The position numbers were made by a program, and so were the translations under genes. This document shows positions 12,315 to 24,300 of a stretch of DNA of 64,000 nt, one piece after another. Under the pieces are notes generated by a model. That model had not been told where the DNA came from, ran no database searches, and saw only the letters and a program-made list of their open reading frames with translations. This stretch comes from Lama guanicoe (taxonomy: Eukaryota): assembly GCA_013239625.1 (NCBI GenBank), contig MU053629.1, forward strand, positions 3,871,567-3,935,566. The letters run 5' to 3'. The first letter of the stretch is position 1; each line of letters begins with the position of its first letter.

Positions 12315-12835
12315 CATTGGTTCCCAACCATCTTTGCTCATTAGAGCCAACAGAGGAGTTTTAAAGAAGTTCAGACCCCAGGAGGGAGGAATGAATAGAT
12401 GGAGCACAAAGAATTTTTAGGGCAATGAAATTATTCTGTATGATACCGTAGTGGTGGCTACATGTCATTATGCATTTGTCAAAACCCATAGAATGTACAG
12501 CATCAAGAGTGAACCCTAATGTAAACTGTGGACTTTGGTTGATAATAATGTGTCCATGATGGTACATCAATTGTACCAAATACGCCACACTGACGAGGGA
12601 TGTTGAGGGTAGGGGAGTGTATATGTGTGGATAGGGAGGGCTAGTGGGAACTCTATATTTTCTGCTCAATTCTGTTGTGAACCTGAAACTGCTCTAAAAG
12701 AATAAAGTCTATTAAAAATTAAAATAAAAAAAGCTCAGACCCCAGTCCAGAGATGGTGGGGGAGGGACTGGACTTCAGGGTTTTAAAAACTCCCCAGGTG
12801 ATTCTAATATGCAGCCAAGGCGAAGAGCCCAGATC
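12315..12835. mobile_element. MER5A-type hAT MITE split by an L1 insertion
   Basis: Left part cattggttcccaacc...cattagag...gagttttaaa; right part aactccccaggtgattctaatatgcagccaagg. Confidence 0.7.
12382..12730 (+). mobile_element. L1MC-type LINE-1 3' end
   Basis: catttgtcaaaacccatagaatgtaca...gtgaaccctaatgtaaact...aataaagtctattaaaa; TSD aagttcagaccccag (12367-12381) vs aagctcagaccccag (12731-12745). Confidence 0.9.
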
Positions 12836-14221
12836 TAGACGGACCTAGAAGGAACCTAGAGCATCTGGGCCATCTTTGCGTCGAGGCATGAGCCTTGTCT
12901 ATATCTGGGCCCCCAGCCTGTACTCAGTCACTCCTGAGGGTGGGCACCCATGACATCTTAAAGCAGCCTGTTTCGCATGTGGGCTGCCCGGCTCTGGTCC
13001 CGCCAGCTGCCCTGTGTGTCCCAGAGGTTCGTGGTGGGGGAGCACCAGTGAGGTCATGTCTGACCCTCCCTCTGAAGGTCGCCAGAAGGCCTGCACATTT
13101 GATTCTCGACACAACCTGTTGAAGTGGGTGTTGGGACCTCCAGTTTTCAGGGGAGAAATCTGAGTCTGGGAGGTGGTTAAAGCGATGCTCAAAGACACTC
13201 AGCTAAAGGTGAGCGTCGGACCAGCACCTCTGCGGGGATGTTGCTGTCTTCATCTTCTGCAGGAAAGAGGGCTATCTGTGGTGGCTCAAGAAAGCTGGGG
13301 GCAGCCCCATCTGAGCCCCTAACCCCTCCTTGTTGCCCTGATGCCTCCTTTGGGTCCGAACAGCTTTACTGAATTATAAAATGAGCCGCTCGGCGCTACC
13401 CAGGCCTGCTTCTAGACCTTGGAGTAGAATGTGGTGTGAGGGGTTTGGATGACAGGATGCTCGGGGACCCAAGAGGGCTGGGCTGAAAATCCCAGGCTTT
13501 GGGGCCAACAGACCTGTGGTTTAAATCACGTGGCCTCCCTTTTGGGGCCTCACTTCACTCCACTTCTGACAAGTGGGCTTGGGACCTCATGGACCCCGTG
13601 GAGGCCCCATATGTATCGTAGGTGGCCTAGTATCTGGTGCACATTGAGTTTTCTGTCAATGGTAATTGAGTGGATTGGTAACTCAGTATTAGCATGTGGG
13701 ATAGGATTGTGTGAAGCAGAAACCCAAGGTAGGGCCTTCTCGGGAACCTTAGGATCTGATTGGAAAGATTGAGGGGAAAATCACTTCCTAGAGAGGCAGG
13801 GTAAATTCTGTTTCCTAAACGAACAGTGGGGGCTGGGAGGCAGCCCCAGGTGGCTGCAAGGCATGCTGGGAGTGGGGCTGGGGTGAAGGAGGCAGAGGGG
13901 TGTCACCAGACTGAGGGGGAAAGGGCAACCCAGGCCCAGAGGAATGCTGGCCAGAGGCAAGACAATGTGAAGATGCTTGTTCTGGGAAGGGAAGGATCCT
14001 GGCAGGGCAGTGAGAAGTGAGGCCCATGGGGAGGGCCTTGAATGCCACTCTGGGAGGGCCAAACATTCCTCTATGGTGGGCCACGGCTGCACATCCCGGA
14101 AACACTTTGGATTGATTGGTGGATTGACTGTTGCTTTAGGCTCTGTCCTGACTTGGAACATCATAGGCTAGTTTTCCTGTTTTTGAAGCTGGTGCTTCAA
14201 AATGGAAACATACACTGTGGA

Positions 14222-14337
14222 CTTTTCTTTCTTTCTTCCTTCCTTCCTTTCTCCCTTTCTTTCTTTCTTTCTTTCTTTCTTCCTTTCTTCTTTTCCTTTC
14301 ATTTCCTTTCCTTTTCCTTCCTTCCTTCCTTTCTTCC
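14222..14337. repeat. (TTTC)n/(TTCC)n polypyrimidine tract
   Basis: 116 nt of pyrimidines with a single A at 14301; abuts the 3' end of an antisense L1. Confidence 0.95.
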
Positions 14338-14990
14338 AATATAATTTAAACAGAACATTGTATGAGTTTTACGCGTACAACATAATATATGTATGTATTG
14401 TGAAATGATTACCACATAAATTTAGTTAACATCCATCACCTCACAGAGTGCTAAATTTTTTTTTATTTTTCTTGTGATGAGAACTTTTAAAATCTATTCT
14501 TAGGAACCTTCAAATATACAATACCGCATCCTTAACTATAGTCACCATGCTGTATGTTAAGTCTCCAGGACTTACTTAGAATGGGAAATTTGTACCTTTT
14601 GACCCCCTTCAACCATTGTCCCCTGCCCCCACCTTTGGCAGCCGCCAATCTTGTGTCCTCTTCTTTAACATGACGAAGTTTGGGGCTCACCCATACTGTT
14701 GTGAGCACCTGTGATTGCTCATTCATTGCTGGGTAATAGTCCATGGGCACCACCATGGTTCTCCTGGCCTCATGTCTCCATTTCACTCCTGATGGGCACT
14801 TGGGCAGGTCCCAGTCTCCGGCTTGTACCCATGATGTCACTAATCAGAATTCTCGAGCAAGCCTTTCTGTGGACACAAGGACACGCTTCTCTCGGGTATA
14901 TACCTGGGGGTGGGCTCGCTGAGCTCTACGTCAGACACGTGGTCAGCTTTCTTCCCTGCTCTGCTAGACTGTCATCCAAGACCACAGCCG
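14338..14990 (-). mobile_element. LINE-1 fragments (L1MA-like 3' end plus an older L1 piece)
   Basis: ttgtgaaatgattaccac...gttaacatccatcacctcac...ttaactatagtcaccatgctgta; then tctcgggtatatacct. Confidence 0.8.
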
Positions 14991-15369
14991 TCAGGCAGAA
15001 GCACTTCTAGGAGCCTTCGGTTCATCCCACCCATGGCACAGATGAGACCAGAAAGCGGCGGTGCCTGTCCCTGGCTCCACAGCTCCCGGGGGGCAGAGTG
15101 TGGTCCAAACCTGGGGTCCCCGCAGGCCATGCGCGGGTCTCTGCCCACACGGAGGTGGCGCTCAGCCTGCCCCTCGGATGAGTTCAGGTCCCATTCCCCA
15201 CCTCCCCGCTTCCCCTCCCAGGCAGGATTTTAGCTCCATATCCTTTCTGAAGGCCCTGGGCAATGCACTCTGGGAAAAACAAAAAGGAGAAAAGAGTGAA
15301 AGGAAACCAAACATTGGAAAAGAAGTGTGTTTCCAATAAACTGGGCCTTTCACCGGTAGCCAAAACATT

Positions 15370-15900
15370 ACATTCCTGTACCCCGGGAGCAGCCGGCCGG
15401 GTTTGCTTCTCCGGGCTGTAAATCTTGCGGGCGTCGGGCTGGGACTCTCGCCTCGTCCGGGGACACACAGACAAGCAGTGTCCTTGGGGGGCTATGGATG
15501 CCTGGACTTCGGGGGACCTGTCGCTTTTTTGGTGGGCTGGCCGGGGCCCAGCGGGGCCTCTGACATCAGGGCCGCCGGGCCCTTCTGAGGGAGCAGTGTG
15601 TGAGTTACCGTAAGAGATTTTCCCCGCTTGCCCACCCCCTCCCTTTCTTGGGTGCTTTGATGGGTTGGAGGTGTTTATAGGCTTGATTCACGACCGAGTT
15701 ACCAGGGTTTTCCACGGAAATAACTTATTAAAGGGGCCGTGCACACAGCGACATTGAAGTCTGGAGAGGGGCATGCATCAAAGGCGGCCCGCGGCCCCGC
15801 CAGGCAGCCTCCACTGGCCCGGAGCTCCAGACTCAGGCCAGGAGGGGCAGGAGGGGGCGGGCCTGGGCCGCAGGAAAAACACTTGGGCTTAAGAAAACAC
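15370..15900. promoter_or_regulatory. Intronic CpG-rich candidate enhancer
   Basis: Dense CpGs, GC boxes (ggggcgggc), TCF/LEF motif CATCAAAGG at 15776-15784; no recognisable repeat. Confidence 0.45.
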
Positions 15901-17589
15901 TCCCCAGACAAACCCAAATTCAGGTCCCTGGAAAAAAAAAAGGAGGTGGGGAATGAAAACCTAGCATCCCAGGGCAGCCCTCCGACCGACCCTCCTGCCC
16001 AGATGTGGGGACACATGTGGGTACCCGGCTGACGCATGATACCCAGACTTTCTGCTGTCATGCCTGCACCTCCCCTTGGCCCAGGCCTGTTCCTTGGGAG
16101 GAAGTGCCGAGGCTGTGGGCTGCCTGCTGGGTTTTGCTAGGGGTGGATGAGGGAGAAGGTAGGGGTAGAGGAATTTTCTGGTTCTCCCCATTCTTGATGG
16201 CACCTTTCCTTTGATTTAATTATATCTGATTGATCCTTTGAGGTTCAGTAAAAGCCTTCCTTTTCCAGGAAGCCTTCAGGGATTACATGTTTCCAGAAGG
16301 CTTCTCTCTTTTCAGAACTTCCAGTAGTTTTCACCTCTGTACCACTCCCTGGCCGTGGGCTGATTTTGCACTGAGCTTACCTGCCTCTGCCGGCTAGGGA
16401 AACTGCTGGTCCTGATGTCTGGCATTGCCCACCTCCTGCAGGAAGACATGGATTGAAGTCATTCCCTGTCACTCAGTCCTGGCACTTTGACAGTAAGAAT
16501 GACAATAGCAGTAGAAGAAGTAATTACAATGGCTAAAATTTGAGTACCGCAAAACACGTGGCAGGTACTATCCTGTGTCTCTTATTCCTTAAGCTCATTC
16601 AGTCCTAGTCATGTAGGCTCGATTAGGACTTGGCCTCCATTTTCCAGATGAGAATACTGAGGCTCAGAGAGGGGAAGCAGTTTGTCTTGGGGCAACAAGC
16701 TAATAAGTAGCAGAGCTGGGATTCGAACACAAATCCACCTGACCCCAGAGCCTGTGTCCTTGGACAAGTTACTTTACTGCTCTGGGCCAGAATAACCCCC
16801 ACATTCTATTAGACTGATTGTAGAAGCAAGACAAGCTCTCTTGAGGCTGCTTGGGTTGATTTATTAAGATACAATCTATACCCAGTAAAACTTTTTGACA
16901 GTGTCCTGTTCTATGAATTTTGACAGTTCCGTAGCATTATCACATATTCAAGATACAGAACATTTCCATCACCTCCAAAAGTTCCTTGGCGTCCCTTCGT
17001 GGTTCCCCCCGCTTACCCCTCCTCCTGGGCTACTGGCAACCACCCATGTGATTTTTCTCTGATTTTACCTTTTCCAGAACACCCTACAAATGTAGTCATA
17101 TAGCAAGTAGCCTTTTGTACCTTTTTCTCTAACTCAGAATAATCCTTTGAGATTCAACTGTGTTGTGCGGTTGGACATCTGGGTTATTTGCAGTGTTTTT
17201 GGCTATTTAAGCTTTTGTGTTCAGGTTTTTGTATAAACTTAAGTTTTCATTTCACTTGGGTAAATACCTCGGGGTAAGACTGTCGGGTGTATGGTTAAAG
17301 GTATGCTTGACTTTATAAAAAATTGCCAACTATTTTCCAAAATTTGTACCATTTTGCCATCTGACCAGCAGCATATGAGAGTTCCAGTTTCTCCATATCC
17401 TCACCAGCCCTTAGTATGGTTGGCTTAGTTTTGAGTTACTCTAATAGATGTGTAGTGGTATCTTATTGTGGTTTTAATTCACATTTTCCTAATGATTACT
17501 GATACTGAGCATCTTATCATGTGCTTACTTGCCATCTTTTCAGTGAAGTGTCTGTTCTGATCTTTGCACTTTTTAAAAAAAATAACATC

Positions 17590-17733
17590 ACTTTATTTTT
17601 ATTAAATTTATTTTTTGGTAGAGGGAGGTAATTAAGTTTACTTATTTACTTATTTTTAATGGAGGTACTGGGGATTGAACCCAGGACCTCATGCATGCTA
17701 GGCACGTACTCTACCACTGAGCTAGTCCCTCCC
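17590..17733 (-). mobile_element. tRNA-Ala-derived camelid-type SINE (Vic-1-like)
   Basis: tggaggtactggggattgaacccaggacctcatgcatgctaggcacgtactctaccactgagcta is an antisense tRNA-Ala head; tail gggaggtaattaagtttac is shared with the 48064 copy. Confidence 0.88.
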
Positions 17734-18023
17734 GCCACGGTACATTTTTTATATTAGGTTGATTGCTTTCCTATTGAGTTTTGAGAGTTTTTATATAATC
17801 TGGTTATCAGCCCTTTAAGGGATATGTGTTTCGTAAATGTTTTCTTCCAGTCTGTGGCTTGTCTTTTTCTTTTCATAATGGAGTCTTTTGAAGAACAGAA
17901 GTTTTAAATTTTGCTGAAGTCCAACTTATCATTCATTTTTTTCATGCTTTTTGTGCATACGAAGAACTCTGCCAGACCCAAGGTCACAAAGATTTCTCCT
18001 GTGTTTTCTTTCAGAAGTTTTAT

Positions 18024-18093
18024 TTGTGCTGAACACTGGAATTTGACACAACATTGTAAAATGATTATAAATCAATAAAAATGTTAAAAAAAT
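18024..18093 (+). mobile_element. 70-bp 3' tip of a young L1
   Basis: tgtgctgaacactggaatttgacacaacattgtaaaatgattataaatcaataaaaatg plus A tail; perfect 11-bp TSD agaagttttat at 18013-18023 and 18094-18104. Confidence 0.9.
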
Positions 18094-19889
18094 AGAAGTT
18101 TTATAATTTTCGGTTTTACAGTTAGTTTTAGAACCCATTTTGAGTTAATTTTTGTACAAGGTGTGAGATAAGGGTCAAGTTTCTTTCTTTTTTTTCTTTC
18201 TTTTTGCCTAGGGAGGTACAATTGTTCCAGTACTGTTTGTTGAATAGATTACCCTTTCTTTTTCAGATTATGTTGGCCCCTTTGTCAAAAATCAGTTGAT
18301 TGTTTATACGTGTTCTCTTTCTGGATCCTATTCGGTTTCATTGTCTGTGTGTCTGTGTTTGTGTCCTTTTACCAGTGCTGCACTGTCTTGACTATTGTAG
18401 CTTCATCGTAAGGTTTGAAATTGGGTAGCGTGAGTCCTCCAACTTCCTTCTTTTCCAAAGTCGTTTTGGTTATTCCAAGCATTTTCATTTTCATACTAAT
18501 TTTAGAATCAGCTAATGATTATTATGAAATCCTTCTGGGATTTTGATTGGGACTGCATCAAATCTATAGATCAGCTTGGGCAGAACTGACATCTAGGCAA
18601 TATGGAGTCTTCCAATCAATGAATATGGTATATCTCTCCATACATTTAGGTCTTTGATTTGTCTCGTTAGTGTTTTGTAGTTTTCAAGCCATAGATCTTG
18701 TACATTATTGTTACATTTACACCAATGTACTCCATGTTTCTTGTAAAACATTTCCCAATTATTTTTCACTAGTGTCTAATTTTTATACATTGCCGTGGTC
18801 TGCATAGGATTTTAATGGCTATGGTGCTTGGTGCTGGGTGCCACGTTTCAGAGGAAGAGTTGCAAAGTGGAGAATTTTTTGCTCCTGGACTTTTGGGAAC
18901 ATCACCTCTGCCCCATGATGGTCCCTAAGATAGTCAAGTGTGAGTTTATCCTACCAAGACAGATATGACATTTTGGGCGAGTCACCCCAGGCTTCGGTTG
19001 TCAGTTTCCTGTCTGTAAAATGGAAGGCAGTGGAGAGAACTGGGTCAGATGACCTGGTGAGATCCCTTCCAGCTCTGGGCCTGATGTTTGTTCGCATAAA
19101 CCACAGGCGGGGAGATTTGGAAGAGAGCTGAATCCCTCCCTCAGGGAACCCTCTCCTTACTTCACAGACCGGAGAGGGCAGGGGACTTGCCCGGGGTTGC
19201 ACAGGAGCCAATGAGAGGACAGGTCTCCTCTTCCCCAACTCAGGCCCTCAGCCCTGATTTGGACGCGGGAAAGACAGCCCCACATTGGTGACTGGGCGGT
19301 GACTCCACAGCCGGGAGGGAGGGAGAGGCTGGCGAGGCGGCCATCAGTGCCAGCAGCCAAGAGGCCGCCAGGAGCTGTGACCCTCAGAAGTGGCCAGTTC
19401 ACGTTTGGCTGTTTTCAAAGTATGAAAGCACCGTGCTTGGAAATGCGGGTTTTGGCTGACCTCGCCCCGAGTGTGGAGTTTAAAGGCCTTTGTAACTCTT
19501 TGGTTTGGAACCGGGTCTGGGCATGGCTAAGGGAAAACACTGGAACCCTTTAGTCCTCATTCCAGTTGCTCTGCCTCTAGGAGAGGGAAGCAGCCTCTTC
19601 TTTCCTTAGCCGCTGCAGACAGCCCCGGGACTGAAAGGGTACAAGTCGGGAGGAGAGGGGAAGGGGGAAAAGAGCATCCCCAGCCATGGAGACCCCAGCC
19701 CAGCCTGCATTTAAAAGAGCCAGGAGCAGCTCAGCATTCGATACCCATTAGCTTTGGTTTTCATGGCACCTTTGAGTGCTTATCCCATTTTACAGATGAA
19801 GAAACTGAGGCTCAGGGTCACACAGGGAGCCAGTGAAGGAGCTGTGACCCAAACCCAAGTTTTCTCTGAGCTCAGAAGCTGGCCTGTGG

Positions 19890-20068
19890 GGAGGGGCTGC
19901 TGATGGGCACAGGGTTTCCGTTGGGGTGATGGGAAAGTTCTAGAACTAGATAGTGGTGGTGGCTGGCTGCACAGTGTTGTGAGTGTCCTTAATGCCACTG
20001 AACTGTACATTTGAAAATGGTTAAAATGGCTAACTTTTATTGTGTCTTTCATCACGATTTGAAAAAGA
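19890..20068 (+). mobile_element. L1MB-type 3' end
   Basis: ggggtgatgggaaagttctagaactagatagtggtg...cttaatgccactgaactgtacatttgaaaatggttaaaatgg. Confidence 0.85.
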
Positions 20069-20696
20069 AAGCTGGTGTGCCTTTTCCCCCATCCGTGCTA
20101 CCTCCCATCGAAGCAGGCTCCTCGGTGTGGAAGAGGGTGGACCCTTGCCGCTGGGCCTCCTAATTGGTGGGACTGCCCAGGGGCCAGGCAGAAAGCTGGG
20201 TGGGGACTTCGGCCAGCGGGTAGCCACGGCTGGGTTGGCCTTTCCGTGCCATCCCCTTCTTTAAGAATAGAGAGACACTTAAACCCTGGCAGCGTCCCCA
20301 AGAGGATGCTGGGACACTGTCCCAGAGCTCTTGATCCACACAAAAGAGGTGGGACCTGGGGTGACCAAGGCCTGCTGGCCACCAAAGCCACGCCATAGTC
20401 CAGGGCTGGGCTGGAGCCAGTGTAGATGGCCTGGTGCCCGCCTGGTTGGCCTCTGGTCTCTGTCCCTTGGCACCGCTGGACGCTATGACTCTTTCCCCCA
20501 CAAGAGCCTTCCCCCTTTGGGAGGGAAAGCAGGGAAGGAAGTCAAAACCTTAGCTGCTCACATTTTTTTAGAGATGCATAATGAAGGATGTAGGGGGAAA
20601 TGATAGGCGCTACTTTAGCCAAAACAAACATGCAAATAATTAAATAAAAGGGGCTGAATGAAGCAATCTTAATAATTGTTGAATCCGAGTGAGAGT

Positions 20697-21104
20697 CAGT
20701 TTAGTTTGGGGTCTGAGAAACAGAGCCTGAGATGAGGATTGGGACGCATGCAGCTGACGGGGGGGCGGGGGGGGGCGTGTTCTCGGGAGAAGCCAGTGAG
20801 GGCAGCAAGGATGTGGGCGCAGCTGGAGTCCAGCCTCAGCCTGACCTGCGGGGAGCCCTGGAGCGGGAACTGCACCTCGGAGTTGGTCACACCTTGAAGC
20901 GAGGGGTCAGCCTCTTGTTCCCATGTCCGTTAGTCACTGGCTGTGGGCGGGCGTGCGCTCACGCGCTCTGGGAGGGGGACTCTAATCGCCTGCCCCAGGA
21001 CAGTTCTCCCAGGAAGGGGCATCTGTGAACCATTAGCAGCCCGCACCTCCCAGTAGCTGGGGACGGAGGGATGCTGGGCGGGGCGTGTAACAGCATCCAC
21101 TCCG
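20697..21104 (-). mobile_element. LTR16-family (ERVL) solo LTR
   Basis: ttagtttgggg...aaacagagcctgagatg at one end; ctgggcgggg...aacagcatccact is the reverse complement of the LTR16 5' end. Confidence 0.7.
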
Positions 21105-21304
21105 TGGGCACACAGGAGTTTACTGTTACTGTTCTTCCTACTTTTGCTGTATGCTTGACATTTTTCATCAAGAAAAGAAGATCTCTACTGAGACCGGGTT
21201 CTGAGAGGAAAGGAAGAAGAAAGTAACTTTCACCCACTGAGTGCTGGCTTCAGGCCGAGTGTCTCGCTGCCTTTTTTCACCTGGGTGACAAACGGAGACG
21301 TTGA

Positions 21305-21391
21305 TTTGGAATATACTTACACTGAAGTTATTTGTGGTTCATCTGAAACTCACGTTTTAACCAGGCATCTTGTATTTTACCTGACAGCCCT
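21305..21391. mobile_element. MER53 hAT MITE half
   Basis: atacttacactg...tcatctgaaactcac...ggcatcttgtatttt...ctgacagccct. Confidence 0.6.
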
Positions 21392-24300
21392 CCCTAGGGC
21401 GCATAACTTGTAAGTGGTGGACCTAAGATTCATACAGATGAATGAGGCTGACACCAAAGCTTATGTTTTCCAACTCAGATGGGTCCAGCACTAACAAAAG
21501 GTTTTGGGGGGCAGTATCTTGCTTCAACAAGGCATTGCCTGACAGCAGAGTCCATTAGAATCATCTGGCAGCTTTGAAAAATGCTGATGCCTGGGCCGTT
21601 CAGTTTCATTGAGCATGAACGTGGAAGGGAATACACCAGAGACCAAGAGGGAACCCTCTGGTACCTGAAAGTCCGCAGAGCCCCTGCCCTGGCTTGGGCC
21701 GGGGAATGTGCTGGGGAGAGGCAGGGAGCCTGGGCCCCATTCATCACCTCCCCAGTTCGGCGTCCTCCCACGGCTCCCTGCCACCAGCAGGCGGAAGTCC
21801 AGCCTGGCACACAAGCCCTACCCCGAGCTGCCAGCACGCCAGGCTCTCTCACAGCCCCCGAACTTTCGCTGCTCCCTCTTCTTGGAGTGCTCTGCCAGGA
21901 GGTTTTTGTCCACCGGGCCAACTCTTCCTTCCCAAGGTCCAGCACATGCCACCTCCTCTCTGGAGCCTACCCTGGCCCCCACAGCAGAGCTGGTCACCCC
22001 ATCCTCCATCGACTCATGGCACAGACTCAGTGATAGCAGTTCACGTCTTAGCAGGGACGAGCAAGGGGTCTGCCGGTCCCTTTCACTGCTAGCTCGATGC
22101 TTCTCCGTGTCTGAGGGCGGTGCCTGGCACGGGGAGGCACTTGGTAAACGGATATTGAATAGGAGGGAGAAGGGAGGATTTTGTTGAGGGAATTGGGGGG
22201 TCCCATCTTCCCTTCTCACCCCATTGTCCCTAGGAGGGTACCCCTTTCTTGCCATTCCTCGTGGCTGGCACCGAAGTTCGTTTGCCTGGAGCCTAGGCCC
22301 TCTGTAGCCCAAAGGTAAACAGGTTTAAATGACTTGAGAGAGGAAAAAAAAATGCAAGTGAGCCAGGAAGTCATGCAGTGCCAGCTCTGGACCTGGGTAG
22401 GTGGAAAAAGGCCCCTATGGCAAACCCGGAGCCTTGGAGCCAGGCCCCAGCCAGCCTGGGCTGAGCCTCCGCTTCCCAGAACTCCACTCTGGGTAAACAC
22501 GGAAGTGAGGAGCGCAGCTGCCCCCCTTTAGAGATGGGCCACGGCCCAGTGGGAGGCAGAAGAGCTGGGGAGGAAGAGGGGGGCCAGGACCCCACTGGGA
22601 GAGGGAGCCCTAAGACCCTTGCTCTTTTTGGCATTTAAAAAAAAAAGGCTTTTTAAAAAATTGTTGCAAAATACACATAATGTACAATTTACCGCTTTCA
22701 TCATTTTTGCAGTGTCCCATTCAGTGGCATCAAATACATTCACGTTGCTGGGCTCAATCACCAGCCAGCCACAGATTCTCTTCATCTCGCAAAAGGAGAA
22801 TGGCTTTTTAAAGCCTGGTGTTAAATTCTGTTGAAAATATACACTGAGAGGCTGTTTTCGCATCACTGGCTGGGGACACAGATAAATGAAACAGCCCCTG
22901 GCCTGTAGGGAGCTCTTTCTTGTGGGACAGATAGGACCAAGATGCTAAGGAAGGTTGGACCCAAGAGAGTGGTGAGGGCACAGCTGAAATGTGTGTGTGG
23001 TGGGGAGGGCATTGCTGGTCTCAGGCTTCGAATGGGACACCGGATGATTGTGCACACGGGCCACTCTTATAAATATATCTGTTCATGCCATCGCCATGAA
23101 AATTGGGGGGGGCATGAAACGAGTATGGCGATTAACAGGGAGTTCAGAAATAGAAAAAAGAGAAATCTCCCTTACGCAATTGCCATGCTCTGTTTCCTCT
23201 CTGTCCTTGAGTATCTTGTCTCACCGGTGGGTTTTTCGTGCTGTCACGCTGCCATGGCAAAGAAGACAGTGTTCTGTCCCTGCCCTCCTCACCTAAGGTC
23301 ATGTTAGAACTACTTTTCCACACTGCAGCCCCCAGGCATCTACGTGGTTATGGCAGCCCTGCTTTATCGAGGGAGCAGTCCTCCTGATCGCCCCCTCCAA
23401 GGGGCGGGCTGAGTATGGGAGTGCTGGCTACGTCTGGGGCCAGAGCGCAGGTTCAGATGGAGGGGCTGAAATGCAGAAGGTGTAGCCCCGGGGATTCGGG
23501 GCTTGTGGGGCACCTTGTTTTTGGAGCAAAGTAGTGGACGGTGGACTCCGGGAACATTTGTGCAGCATCTTTTGAGTCCATGCGGCGCATTCTCAGGCGT
23601 CCATCTCTTGGTCCTGTATCACCTGTGGGGAGCTAAGGCCCTCGCCTGGCGGCACAGGGAACCCAGGTGAGGGTTGCTCAACCCATCAGCCTTCAGGACC
23701 CTAGAGGTGGCCAGTGAGCCTGCGGGATTACGTGTCCATCTTCCCTGGGGCCTCAGATTGTCACCCCAGGACCTCCTGGAGAAGAGAGCCTCACTCAGGT
23801 TGCGTCTGCCCGTGCAGCTCCCTCATCCTTGTCTGGGGGTTCGGCAGTGGCATCCTTTTGGTTCTCTTAAAACACACCTGTTTGCTTTTGTTTTTCAAAG
23901 AAGCACGTGGCTCGCTCTAGAAAATGTGGAAAGCATAGAAAAACGCAAGGAGATCATTCTTCCCTGCAGAGATAGCCACTGGGAACGTTTTTGGCTTATT
24001 CTGTTTAAATTTTTTTTCTGTTAAAAAATACAGCTTTGTATTCCGCCTCTCCCCCTCCGCATTACGTAAATATTTCCCCGCGCCATTACCACTCTGCGTA
24101 AACAGTGTTTTTGATGGCTGCATCCTATTCCAGCCTATGGCTCTCCCAGGGCTCGGCAGCTGGACACCTGGCCTGCTCACAGGGCGGGCAGTGCTTCTCG
24201 ATCCTTCCCTGACCACTTCTCTGGGCTGTGTTGCTCCCTGTCTGGGCCGGGCCCAGGGAGGTGGACACCCAGCTCTGCGAGCGTTAACGACCCCTTCCTT

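Larger units (their letters stand above)
16858..18795 (-). mobile_element. Old LINE-1 (L1MB/MC-like) ORF2 end and 3'UTR, about 1.9 kb, with nested insertions
   Basis: AT-rich antisense L1 hallmarks: tatgagagttccagtttctccatatcctcaccagc, gtggtatcttattgtggttttaatt, cttccaatcaatgaatatgg. Confidence 0.9.
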
